Positions 48,668 through 57,831 are shown, counted from the first letter of the stretch. The stretch is 64,000 nucleotides of DNA from Alphaproteobacteria bacterium (GCA_035911175.1 JAMHWA010000022.1:27329-91328), one strand, 5' to 3'. The notes: generated from the letters alone by a model not told the origin. Numbers and translations: made by a program.

Positions 48668-48696
48668 ACGCGAGTCGCTAAAGGGGTGACTCGCGT
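48668..48696 (+). terminator. Hairpin downstream of dps (possible terminator, no T-tract)
   Basis: 9-bp stem ACGCGAGTC/GACTCGCGT with an 11-nt loop. It is followed by AACGCTT, so it is not a textbook intrinsic terminator. Confidence 0.3.
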
Positions 48697-48703
48697 AACG
48701 CTT

Positions 48704-48778
48704 GGCCGAGTAGCAAAGTGGGAATGCTTCGGTTTGCAAAACCGACATGAGGCGGTTCGATTCCGCCCTCGGCCTCCA
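48704..48778 (+). tRNA. tRNA-Cys (GCA)
   Basis: Hand-folded cloverleaf: acceptor GGCCGAG/CTCGGCC, anticodon stem TCGGT/ACCGA with loop TTGCAAA (anticodon GCA), T-arm GGCGG-TTCGATT-CCGCC, discriminator U (a tRNA-Cys identity element), encoded CCA. Confidence 0.88.
48760..48778 (+). repeat. Direct repeat copy 1 (3' end of tRNA-Cys)
   Basis: ATTCCGCCCTCGGCCTCCA, identical to 48901-48919. Confidence 0.9.
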
Positions 48779-48900
48779 GCATCCCTTAAGGGGATTAGCG
48801 CAACAGCGCCCCCTTAAGGGGTGCTGGAACGGTTTCTCGGGATCGAACGACGTTCACTGCGCGGCCAACAGGCCAAGCAGAGACGAGCGCCAGCGAGTCA

Positions 48901-48919
48901 ATTCCGCCCTCGGCCTCCA
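48901..48919 (+). repeat. Direct repeat copy 2 (orphan copy of the tRNA-Cys 3' end; att-like scar)
   Basis: ATTCCGCCCTCGGCCTCCA. The preceding bases (AGCGAGTCA) cannot form a T-stem, so this is not a second tRNA. Confidence 0.85.
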
Positions 48920-49044
48920 TTCCTTATCCATACACGATGTTTTTTGTTCACCCTTGCTGGGGTGGGTATACGTTATTTACGTGCTTGCTGCGATGGCCGT
49001 GTCTGGGGTATGTAATAGACAAACAAATCATGGATGAGGTTGGG

Positions 49045-50391
49045 ATGCGTTTTTCGATGCGTTGGTTGTTGGTTTCCGTAAGTGCCATTGCGATGGGCGC
49101 AAGCAGCGCTTCAGCATCAACTTTCGAGGATGCGCTGGTATCCGCTTACCAAACCAATCCACAAATTAAATCCGAGCGCGAGCGCCAACAGGCGACCGAT
49201 GAAGCCGTCTCGCAAGCCGTTTCGGGTTTTCGTCCGACGATTAGTGCTGGCTACGTTAATGGGGGGCAAAAAACTTCTCTTGGCGGGGCAACAGATACGA
49301 AGAGTAACCTCGAAACCAAAACATTACGTGTCGAGCAGCCCATTTTTCGTGGCGGCGCCACATGGTCGTCCTATCAAGGCGCGCTCGAGCAAGTGAAGTC
49401 GGGTCAACAACAGCTCTCCGCGGTCGAGCAAGGTGTGCTGCTCAATGCTGTGACGGCCTACATGGATGTGGTTTCCGCGAGCGCCATTCTCGATTTGTCG
49501 CGCAAGAACCTCGATGTATTGGGCGAGCAGCTGAAAGCTGCACAGACGCGGTTTCAGGTGGGTGAAGTAACCCGTACCGACGTCGCACAATCCGAGGCAC
49601 GGTTGTCGGATTCTAAATCGCGGGTAATTGCTGCTGAAGGACAATTACTAAGCGCGATAGCATCCTATGAACGGGTGATAGGGGTGCGTCCAGAAGGGGC
49701 GCTCATGGTTCCTGAAAAACTTCCCGAACTTCCCTTGAAGCTAGAGGATGCACTCGAGCGCGCGCGTGCGGCCAACCCACAATTATTGGCAGCCCTCGCT
49801 GCTGCGAAAGCATCCGATTATAACGTGCGCACGAATAAAGCAGCGTTGCTGCCACGTGTTTCGTTGGTGGGAAGTCTAAGCCGTCAGGATGGTGCAGGGA
49901 CGGGTGGTAACAGTTCCATCGATCAAGATCGCATTGCGGTCGAGGTAGCGATTCCTCTTTACCAATCTGGCGCGGAATATTCGCGGGTGCGCGAAGCATC
50001 TGCCATTGCACGTCAGCGCAGCCACGAAAGTATTGATCAGCGCCAGAGCATCGACGAAGCAGTGACGCAAAGCTGGGAGCAACTCGAAAGTGCGGTGGCC
50101 ACGATCACTACGCGCAACGACCAAATCACTGCGGCTAGTCTTGCGCTTGATGGAGTGAAGCAAGAACAGCAATATGGTTCGCGCACGGTGCTCGATGTAC
50201 TGGATGCGGAGCAGGAATTGTTCACTGCCCGCACCAACTTAGTGAGTGCTCAGCGCGATCGTATCGTTGCTGCCTACACACTTGCCTTCACGCTTGGCCA
50301 GCTCTCGCCTGCGGCGCTGGGGCTTCAGGTTGCTGCGTATGACCCACAAGTGCATGCCGACGAGGTAGGTTGGAAAACGATTGGCTATTAG
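49045..50391 (+). CDS. tolC: TolC family outer-membrane efflux/secretion channel
   Basis: Signal peptide ending ASA, then TFEDALVSAYQTNPQIK and two tandem OEP repeats. ATG at 49045. Confidence 0.9.
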   Translation: MRFSMRWLLVSVSAIAMGASSASASTFEDALVSAYQTNPQIKSERERQQATDEAVSQAVSGFRPTISAGYVNGGQKTSLGGATDTKSNLETKTLRVEQPIFRGGATWSSYQGALEQVKSGQQQLSAVEQGVLLNAVTAYMDVVSASAILDLSRKNLDVLGEQLKAAQTRFQVGEVTRTDVAQSEARLSDSKSRVIAAEGQLLSAIASYERVIGVRPEGALMVPEKLPELPLKLEDALERARAANPQLLAALAAAKASDYNVRTNKAALLPRVSLVGSLSRQDGAGTGGNSSIDQDRIAVEVAIPLYQSGAEYSRVREASAIARQRSHESIDQRQSIDEAVTQSWEQLESAVATITTRNDQITAASLALDGVKQEQQYGSRTVLDVLDAEQELFTARTNLVSAQRDRIVAAYTLAFTLGQLSPAALGLQVAAYDPQVHADEVGWKTIGY

Positions 50392-50555
50392 TATCGAGCC
50401 AATTTTATAAAATCATTCACAGGCAACTGTGGCCGCGAAGCCGCAGCTATTCGACAAATCCGCAACGCGTGGTTACTTGCCGTGCATGCGAGTAGAAAAA
50501 TCCTTGCGCATCATCACGCGCGTAGCGTAACGTAATGTCATTGAAGGGAAACTAA

Positions 50556-51143
50556 ATGGCCGAGCCTTCCAAAGATACCGACCAGTCGATGGAGGATATT
50601 CTCCAATCCATCAAGCGCATCATCGCGGATGAGAGTGATCCTGTGCCGCCTACTGCCGGCTCGGATGTATTGGAGCTGACTGAACTGTTGGCTGAAGATG
50701 CCGCTATCCCAGAAACAACGGTTGCGGGCAGTATCTCGATTGATGAAATTATGGCGGGTCACATATCCCCCGTTTCAGAGCCAGAACCTGAAGCGCCTGT
50801 TATGGCTAGTGTTGAACCAGCACCCATGGCAGCCGAGCCAGTGGTTGAACCTGCTGCGCCCGCACCCGCTTTTTCTGCGCCTGCGCCAGCTCACGCTGTT
50901 GATACAGATAGCCTTATATCGGATGCAACACTTGCTGCATCTGTCAGCGCGCTGAGTGCGTTGGCACAGAAGCCGTCGCCTGCGGCACCATCTGTCCATG
51001 GCCACGCGTTCCGGTCAGGAACCACCGTCGAGGATTTGGTGGTTGAATCGTTGCGGCCGATGCTTAAAGAATGGCTCGACGATCACCTGCCTGCGTTGGT
51101 GCGCAACTTGGTCGAAAAAGAGATTCGTCGCCTTAGCGCCTAG
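50556..51143 (+). CDS. popZ: PopZ-like polar organising protein (DUF2497)
   Basis: N-terminal MEDILQSIKRIIADE motif, an acidic/Pro-Ala-rich middle, and a C-terminal VEDLVVESLRPMLKEWLDDHLPALVRNLVEKEIRR. Confidence 0.85.
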   Translation: MAEPSKDTDQSMEDILQSIKRIIADESDPVPPTAGSDVLELTELLAEDAAIPETTVAGSISIDEIMAGHISPVSEPEPEAPVMASVEPAPMAAEPVVEPAAPAPAFSAPAPAHAVDTDSLISDATLAASVSALSALAQKPSPAAPSVHGHAFRSGTTVEDLVVESLRPMLKEWLDDHLPALVRNLVEKEIRRLSA

Positions 51144-51549
51144 TTTATCCTGCCATATTTTTTAGAATAGCAAGGCTTGCGCCGCACAAGGCATATCGCC
51201 TTACGGTTGATTGGCTGGCGCATTATTCTGCGATCGTAGATCATGATTGCATTAGATCGAGGTATATTTTGTCACGCAGTGGCCTTGTTTTGGCCTGTGG
51301 GCAACTTAGTGTATATCTCTGGGGTAATGCCTGTGAGCAGGCTGTGAGTAAGTAGAGGGGAATTGGGCAGTGTGCTGTTCGATATTCAGTGGCGAGCGCG
51401 TATTTGGGTGCTAGTTAAATGCATAAATGCGCTCATGGTAGGGAGAACTGTGTCTGCTGTATCACATTTGCTATTTTCTTTTTTCTTAAAGTGGTTTGAT
51501 TTGTATTTTTAGTGTGCTGCATAAGAATGCTGGTGTCATAATCTTGCTT

Positions 51550-52440
51550 ATGAGCTATTCTTTCAAACATTCTGGTTTTCAATTAAAAAAGCGTAATTTT
51601 GCTCTATTATTGATAGCGGGGGTGTGTGCGAATGCCGTTGCACAAACTCCCGCACCTTCTTTGCCAAGCCTGCCTAGCTTACCCAACGCGCAATACGCAA
51701 AGATCGAAACCATTCCATCGCTCTCATCACAAAATGCCATAACTGCCAACACTTCCTTGCCTCAGTTGCCATCACTTGCCGGCATGTCGTCACTACCCAC
51801 GGTAGAGTCGCCGCTAGGGGGGAAAGTCGTTAAGCCCACCATTAAAGGAAGCCCGACGCCGATTGTAATGCAGGGTGATGTTATTGCGCCGCAGCCAGTC
51901 GATGCGACTATGGTTCCGGATGTTCAGGTCCCTACCGGCACTTCGCCACTGGCGTTACCTGGCATGGCTCCGCTTCCGTTACCCAGTCAGTCGTTTGCCC
52001 TTCCAACGAGTGGTCTACCAAAAGGGATTTTCGATGCGGATGCCTTAGCTGCCTCTGTGCCACCCCGTGTTTCTGTTCCGAAGTCTGATGAAAAGAGTGA
52101 TGCGCCAACCAAAACATGGGAAACCAGTCTTGCGCCCTCCATTATTCCGAAGAAAACAAATTTCAACTACAAGCGCAGCCAGCTTCCGGAATCGATTTAT
52201 CGGAATGAATACGATAAAAACAACAAGCACTTGCCTCGCCGTATCACGCGTGACGATTATGTTCATTTGTTGTTTAACAGCGTGGCGAACAACGATCTCA
52301 ATGCTACGCGCGCATTGCTCAATGCGGGCGTGCGCCTGAATGCCACCAATCCCTACGGTGAAACTCCGCTGATGCTCGCCGAGCGCATGGGGGCAACCCA
52401 AGTGGCTGCATTGCTCGTCGCACGTGGCGCGAGAGAGTAG
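51550..52440 (+). CDS. Secreted Pro/Ser/Leu-rich protein with C-terminal ankyrin repeat(s)
   Basis: Signal peptide (ALLLIAGVCANAVAQ) and LPSLPSLP-type low-complexity repeats. C-terminal ankyrin consensus: NDLNATRALLNAGVRLNATNPYGETPLMLAERMGATQVAALLVARGA. Confidence 0.75.
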   Translation: MSYSFKHSGFQLKKRNFALLLIAGVCANAVAQTPAPSLPSLPSLPNAQYAKIETIPSLSSQNAITANTSLPQLPSLAGMSSLPTVESPLGGKVVKPTIKGSPTPIVMQGDVIAPQPVDATMVPDVQVPTGTSPLALPGMAPLPLPSQSFALPTSGLPKGIFDADALAASVPPRVSVPKSDEKSDAPTKTWETSLAPSIIPKKTNFNYKRSQLPESIYRNEYDKNNKHLPRRITRDDYVHLLFNSVANNDLNATRALLNAGVRLNATNPYGETPLMLAERMGATQVAALLVARGARE

Positions 52441-52441
52441 A

Positions 52442-52738
52442 TTAGCGCTTCACAGCAGATTTTGAAGGTACCGTTGCGTGCACAGCTAAGCACGGGTTGC
52501 GCACTTCCTTGCGCAGAGAATCCGCTGTGTCTATATGATTTTCGATGCCTTGAATCCCTTTTAGCGCAAGCGTGAAATCTCTGAAGATGGCGCTGTATTG
52601 CTCAAAACTAGCTTGATTATAGGGATATCCTACGGTTTCTGCTTGTTGGTTTGCGATTGTGCCAGAAAAGCGATTGGCAAGGCATTGCTCATAAGGGGTT
52701 AGTTGCTGGTAAAAGAATTTGTTTGTTTTATCAGTCAT
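52442..52738 (-). CDS. Hypothetical protein (orphan, AT-richer)
   Basis: 98-aa ORF from ATG 52738 (MTDKTNKFFYQQ). I recognise no family. It is convergent with the ankyrin gene, and the two stop codons are 1 nt apart. Confidence 0.45.
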   Translation of the reverse strand: MTDKTNKFFYQQLTPYEQCLANRFSGTIANQQAETVGYPYNQASFEQYSAIFRDFTLALKGIQGIENHIDTADSLRKEVRNPCLAVHATVPSKSAVKR

Positions 52739-52886
52739 CGTTGAAGCCCTTGTCGCTGTGATGCGTTGGTTTACCACGATTTAGTGCCTTAAAATGTGAA
52801 ACTTTTGTGACAATGGATCAAAATCGTGTTCTTGACCTTATCCTGCGCCTAGGGCATGGATTCAGCCTCCAAAACACGAGGCACCC

Positions 52887-54608
52887 ATGACCAAAAAATT
52901 CGGTAAATCCACGCTAGTCTCCCGCCACACCACCCAAGGCCCTGCACGTGCGCCGCACCGCAGCTATCTGTATGCCATGGGCTTGGGCGAAAAGCAGATT
53001 AACCAGCCGCTCGTGGGCGTCGCCACCACATGGAACGAGGCTGCGCCGTGCAACATCACCCTCGCGCGTCAAGCGCAGGTCGTCAAAAAAGGTGTGGCCG
53101 CTGGTGGTGGCACCCCGCGCGAGTTTTGCACCATCACCGTGACGGATGGCATTGCCATGGGTCACCAAGGTATGAAATCGAGCCTTGTCAGCCGCGAGGT
53201 GATTGCCGATTCTGTAGAACTCACCATGCGCGGCCATTGTTATGATGCGATTGTCGGTCTTGCAGGTTGCGACAAATCCTTGCCCGGACTTATGATGTCG
53301 ATGGTGCGCCTCAACGTGCCGAGCGTCTTCATCTATGGCGGCTCCATTCTCCCTGGCCACTATAATGGCAAGGATGTCACTGTAGTCGATGTGTTCGAGG
53401 CCGTCGGCAAAGTTGCGGCAGGCAGTATGAGCGAGAAAGAATTGCACGCGCTCGAGCAAGTGGCCTGCCCATCGGGCGGCAGCTGTGGCGGCCAGTTCAC
53501 CGCCAACACCATGGCTTGTGTTTCCGAGGCGATTGGCCTTGCGCTACCAGGGTCGGCGGGCATGCCCGCGCCGTTTGAGTCGCGTGATCGTTTCTGTTTC
53601 GATTCGGGTGAGGCGGTGATGAACCTCATCAAGAATAAAATCCGCGCGCGGGATATTGTCACCCGTAAGGCGCTCGAAAATGCTGCTGCTGTGGTGGCGG
53701 CCACGGGCGGTTCCACCAACGCAGCACTGCACTTGCCAGCCATTGCGCACGAGGCGGGAATTGATTTCGACATGCATGCGGTGGGCAAAATCTTCAAGCG
53801 CACGCCATATCTGGCCGATCTCATGCCCGGTGGCAAATATACCGCCTACGACATGTACCGCGCTGGCGGTGTCGAAGCGCTGATGCGTACATTGCTCGAT
53901 GGCGGCTATTTGCATGGCGACTGCATGACCGTGACCGGTAAAACCGTGAAGGAGAATCTGAAGCCCATCAAGCTGATGAAGGGGCAGGACGTGATCTATC
54001 ACTACAGCAAACCTATCCGCGAGGAGGGGGGCGTGGTGACACTCAAGGGTAACCTTGCGAGTGAGGGCGCGATTGTAAAAGTGGCTGGTCTAAAGAGCCT
54101 GAAATTTACGGGCCCCGCGCGTTGCTTCGATTGTGAAGAAGATGCGTTTGCGGCCGTTAGCGCAAAAAAATACAAAGCGGGCGATGTGATCGTGATTCGG
54201 TATGAAGGGCCCAAAGGCGGCCCTGGCATGCGCGAAATGCTTTCCACCACTGCTGCCATTTACGGTCAAGGCATGGGCGATAAAGTGGCGCTGATCACGG
54301 ATGGGCGCTTCTCAGGCGGTACGCGCGGCTTCTGTATCGGCCATGTAGGGCCGGAAGCGGCTATCGGTGGGGTGATTGGTTTGCTGAAAGATGGCGACAG
54401 CATCACGATTGATGCCACCAAAGGAACCATCAGCGTGGCGCTGACCGAAAAAGAAATCGCCGCCCGCCGCACCAAATGGAAGCCACGCGCAACGGATTAT
54501 AACTCGGGCGCACTCTGGAAATATGCCCAAACGGTCGGCAGTGCCGAAAATGGTGCCGTCACTCACCCGGGCGCGGCCAAAGAAACCCACGTGTTTGCGG
54601 ATTTATAG
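52887..54608 (+). CDS. ilvD: Dihydroxy-acid dehydratase
   Basis: APCN, Fe-S ligand region [25 protein letters not shown]. 573 aa. Confidence 0.96.
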   Translation: MTKKFGKSTLVSRHTTQGPARAPHRSYLYAMGLGEKQINQPLVGVATTWNEAAPCNITLARQAQVVKKGVAAGGGTPREFCTITVTDGIAMGHQGMKSSLVSREVIADSVELTMRGHCYDAIVGLAGCDKSLPGLMMSMVRLNVPSVFIYGGSILPGHYNGKDVTVVDVFEAVGKVAAGSMSEKELHALEQVACPSGGSCGGQFTANTMACVSEAIGLALPGSAGMPAPFESRDRFCFDSGEAVMNLIKNKIRARDIVTRKALENAAAVVAATGGSTNAALHLPAIAHEAGIDFDMHAVGKIFKRTPYLADLMPGGKYTAYDMYRAGGVEALMRTLLDGGYLHGDCMTVTGKTVKENLKPIKLMKGQDVIYHYSKPIREEGGVVTLKGNLASEGAIVKVAGLKSLKFTGPARCFDCEEDAFAAVSAKKYKAGDVIVIRYEGPKGGPGMREMLSTTAAIYGQGMGDKVALITDGRFSGGTRGFCIGHVGPEAAIGGVIGLLKDGDSITIDATKGTISVALTEKEIAARRTKWKPRATDYNSGALWKYAQTVGSAENGAVTHPGAAKETHVFADL

Positions 54609-54690
54609 CGCTAGTCGTTTCTAGTTGCGAGTTACTCGCAATTGTGATATATTTGGCCTATCAACTGATAAATAACGATAGGTTTTGATT

Positions 54691-54891
54691 ATGGCTTCTT
54701 TTGTTCGTGCACACGCAACTATTGCGAAGACAGTCACTTACAGCATGATGCATGTGGTGGTCGCTGTGACGGTGGCCTATGTGCTATCGGGCAGTTTTGC
54801 GGTGGCACTTTCCATTGGTCTTATTGAGCCGTTGGTGCAGACATTTACCTTTTATTTCCATGAGCGTGGATGGAAAAAATTCCTTGGTTGA
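54691..54891 (+). CDS. DUF2061 small membrane protein
   Basis: 66 aa. The pattern R...K..TY......V...V.Y..(T/S)G...A..IG..E...Q....Y.HER.W is typical of DUF2061. Confidence 0.7.
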   Translation: MASFVRAHATIAKTVTYSMMHVVVAVTVAYVLSGSFAVALSIGLIEPLVQTFTFYFHERGWKKFLG

Positions 54892-54913
54892 ATCTCGCTG
54901 CCATCTGCCATAC

Positions 54914-55573
54914 ATGAAGCGCATGAGTAAAGAAAAGCCACTGCTGCCCACTGCCCTTTCGAAGGGGTATGCCAAGTTCCGCCAGTTTAAATATGCGCGG
55001 CATGCACAACGCTATATGCGCTTGGCGGTGGAAAGCCAAAAGCCGCACACCATGGTGATTGCCTGCTGCGATAGCCGCGCTGCGCCCGAAACTATTTTCG
55101 ATGCATCTGCGGGCGAGCTGTTTGTGGTGCGCAATGTGGCCAACGTGGTGCCGCCCTATGCCCCCGATGGTCAGCGTCACTCTACCAGTGCGGCGCTCGA
55201 ATTTGCGGTGCACTCCCTCGGGGTTAAAACCATTGTTGTTATGGGGCATGGCAAATGCGGGGGCATCGAGGCTGTGGTAAAAGATATGAATCCCCTATCG
55301 AAGGGCGACTTTATCGGCAAATGGATGGCGGATGTAAAAGACGTGGTCGATACAGTCAGCATACCGCATGATTGTAACGAGCATGAGCGTTTCACTATTG
55401 TTGAGCGCGCCTCGGTGGTGCAATCGCTCAAAAACCTCGATGGCTTCCCATGGATTGCTCGCCTTGTGCAAGCGGGCGAGCTTGCTGTCATCGGCGCATG
55501 GTTTGATATTGCCTTGGGCGAGCTATATATATTCGATGCCGCAAGCGGCGAGTGGGTGAAGGCGGCTGAGTAG
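54914..55573 (+). CDS. Beta-class carbonic anhydrase
   Basis: Zinc ligands in IACCDSR and GHGKCGG. ATG at 54914 (alternative at 54923). The longer track ORF overlaps the DUF2061 gene and is rejected. Confidence 0.9.
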   Translation: MKRMSKEKPLLPTALSKGYAKFRQFKYARHAQRYMRLAVESQKPHTMVIACCDSRAAPETIFDASAGELFVVRNVANVVPPYAPDGQRHSTSAALEFAVHSLGVKTIVVMGHGKCGGIEAVVKDMNPLSKGDFIGKWMADVKDVVDTVSIPHDCNEHERFTIVERASVVQSLKNLDGFPWIARLVQAGELAVIGAWFDIALGELYIFDAASGEWVKAAE

Positions 55574-55694
55574 TTTTTTTGATTTTAAAACAGCATGTTA
55601 ATTGTATGCTTGGCAATCTGCATCAGTTCTTCATGAAATATTAGCAATTAAATGGTAGAGTGAACCCATTGTAAAACCTGAATGTAGGGAATTT

Positions 55695-56177
55695 ATGTCT
55701 GGACCAGATCAAGATTACATGCATGGCATTGTTATTCCAAAAACAACTGCTGAGAAAGTCGCGACACTAGAAAAAGACGGCAGCCACTCTGTTGCGAATG
55801 AAATCTTAGCTAATGTAGGCAGTTTTGCTTCCGACGTAGAGGCACAACGTTACGTAGCTGCGGCAGCAAATTGGATTATGGATCGTGCTCACCATGCAAT
55901 TAAATACAAAGGAAATGTGCCGCAAACAGATCCTAATAAGGATTATAAACCGCAGTTGGTACCAGCACTTGATACACTGGTTACAGCAGGTACGCTGACA
56001 AAAGATAATATTCATCCAGAGCTAGCGAAAGCGATTACTACGTACCGAAGTCGCTATCCTACCGAGCGCTATCCAGAAGGTGTGCGGGCTATTCTTGACG
56101 CTACCCCAAGGCCTTCTCTGCAGGATAGATTGAGGGCTCAGCAGTCAACGATTGGTGCTGTGGGTATCCAAATGTAA
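55695..56177 (+). CDS. Hypothetical protein (orphan, markedly AT-richer than its neighbours)
   Basis: 160-aa ORF with a clean terminator. 24 of the first 60 nt are G/C by hand count. I recognise no motif. Confidence 0.55.
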   Translation: MSGPDQDYMHGIVIPKTTAEKVATLEKDGSHSVANEILANVGSFASDVEAQRYVAAAANWIMDRAHHAIKYKGNVPQTDPNKDYKPQLVPALDTLVTAGTLTKDNIHPELAKAITTYRSRYPTERYPEGVRAILDATPRPSLQDRLRAQQSTIGAVGIQM

Positions 56178-56180
56178 CTA

Positions 56181-56208
56181 AAAAGGGCGCCAAGTTGGCG
56201 CCCTTTTC
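56181..56208. terminator. Bidirectional rho-independent terminator between the orphan gene and ntrX
   Basis: AAAAA-GGGCGCCA-AGT-TGGCGCCC-TTTT. Confidence 0.85.
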
Positions 56209-56230
56209 ATTCGGTCTCTGTAGGATCCCC

Positions 56231-57625
56231 TCAGGCAACCTGTTTTTCATCGTTCCCGATACCGAGCATTTTCAGTTTGCGGTGAAGCGCCGAACGCTCC
56301 ATGCCCACGAAGTTGCTGGTTTTGGAAATGTTACCACCAAAGCGGTTAATTTGCGCAGCGAGATATTGCTTCTCGAACGTCTCGCGTGCCTCACGCAGTG
56401 GCATGCTCATGATGTCGGTCGAAAGCTCAGGACGCATCACGGTGATGTTGCTATCGATGAGCTCTGGCGGCAGCGAATCGGCAGAGATTTCACCGTTATT
56501 GCCCACTTGCGCCATGATGATAAGCCATTCCATCACGTTGCGCAATTGGCGCACGTTGCCTGGCCAGTTATAGGATTGCAGCACGGTCAGCGCGTCCTCA
56601 CCCAATTGGCGGGTAGCAAGGCCCATGGCATCGGCCGCACGCTTCAGGAAGTGGCTCGACAGTGCGGCCACGTCATCGCGGCGCTCACGCAGGTTTGGCA
56701 TGCGCAGTGGCACCACGTTCAGGCGGTAGTATAAATCCTCGCGGAAGCGGCCAGCGGTGATTTCTTCCTGCAGATCTTTGTTCGTTGCTGCAATCACGCG
56801 CACATCCACGCTCACGCGCTTGTTGCCGCGTACGCGCTCGAACGATTGCTCCTGCAATGCGCGCAGCAAGCGGCCTTGGGTCTCCAGCGGCATGTCGGCC
56901 ACTTCGTCGATGAACAGCGTGCCACCATGGGCGCGCTCCAGCAGGCCAAGCTTCTCAGCGCCGCCGTTGGGGTTGGTGTCTTCGGTGCCGAACAGTTCGG
57001 CTTCCACGCGGCTGGGGGTCAGCGCTGCGGCATTCAGTACCACAAACGCCGCATGGCCACGCATCGAGCGGGTGTGGATGAGGCGGGCAATGAGTTCCTT
57101 ACCCGTGCCTGGCGCACCGGTGATGAGAATGCGGCTGTTGGTTGGCGCTACTTTCTCCACCGTTTGGCGCACGGTGTTGATGGCCGCACTGTTACCAATC
57201 AGTTCGCTTTCATTGCTACCGCGTTTTTTCAACTCGGTGTTCTCGCTACGCAACTTAGCAGCTTCCAGCGCGCGCTTAACGATAAGCACCATGCGCTCGG
57301 CGCTGAAGGGCTTCTCGATGTAGTCATAGGCGCCCATGCGGATGGCGGTAACGGCGGTTTCAACGTTGCCGTGGCCCGAGATCATGATGACAGGAACATG
57401 CGGGTATTTTTTCTGGACGATCTCAAGAATGCCCAAACCATCTAGCTCTGAACCTTGTAGCCAGATATCGAGGATAATGGCGCTGGGAACGCGCTCGGCG
57501 AGGGCTTTAAGAGCGCTGTCGGATTTGTTCGCGGTGCGAACGTTATATTTTTCATCAGTGAGAATATCGGAGATGAGCGAGGAAATATCAGCTTCATCAT
57601 CAATTACAAGGATATCTGCGGCCAT
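56231..57625 (-). CDS. ntrX: Response regulator NtrX (REC + AAA+ + HTH), GAFTGA-less
   Basis: REC (ILVIDDE..ILDIWL), Walker A GAPGTGKE, C-terminal Fis-type HTH. Located after ntrY. The sigma-54 contact loop reads ELFGTEDTNPNGGAEK. Confidence 0.9.
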   Translation of the reverse strand: MAADILVIDDEADISSLISDILTDEKYNVRTANKSDSALKALAERVPSAIILDIWLQGSELDGLGILEIVQKKYPHVPVIMISGHGNVETAVTAIRMGAYDYIEKPFSAERMVLIVKRALEAAKLRSENTELKKRGSNESELIGNSAAINTVRQTVEKVAPTNSRILITGAPGTGKELIARLIHTRSMRGHAAFVVLNAAALTPSRVEAELFGTEDTNPNGGAEKLGLLERAHGGTLFIDEVADMPLETQGRLLRALQEQSFERVRGNKRVSVDVRVIAATNKDLQEEITAGRFREDLYYRLNVVPLRMPNLRERRDDVAALSSHFLKRAADAMGLATRQLGEDALTVLQSYNWPGNVRQLRNVMEWLIIMAQVGNNGEISADSLPPELIDSNITVMRPELSTDIMSMPLREARETFEKQYLAAQINRFGGNISKTSNFVGMERSALHRKLKMLGIGNDEKQVA

Positions 57626-57831
57626 GGAAGCAACCTTCTAGCGTTTGTTTTGAATGAACTTTTTTGCTTTGCTGAGCACGCTATTTTTTGCTGTTGCACA
57701 AAAACTACTATGTGCGGCGAATTTGTAAAGCGTTTATTTTAGTGGTGGGTGCTTTTTATTTGCCACACTACATCTGGTAGCTGGCGATTACTAGGCTGTG
57801 GTTCAAATACTAGCGTTATTGTCACGGTTTA

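Noticed and set aside
48700-48920. Possible two-piece (permuted) alphaproteobacterial tmRNA, because two T-arm/acceptor-CCA-like ends occur 140 bp apart.
   Set aside because: The first copy folds into a complete tRNA-Cys cloverleaf (anticodon GCA, discriminator U). The acceptor stem GGCCGAG/CTCGGCC has no G3:U70 alanine identity pair. No tag reading frame ending in (L/V)AA-stop is present, and the second copy has no pairable T-stem.
54779-54913. Long N-terminal extension of the carbonic anhydrase ORF overlapping the DUF2061 gene.
   Set aside because: The extension is out of character (Cys/Arg/Trp-rich), overlaps a plausible gene in another frame, and carbonic anhydrase homology only begins after the ATG at 54914.
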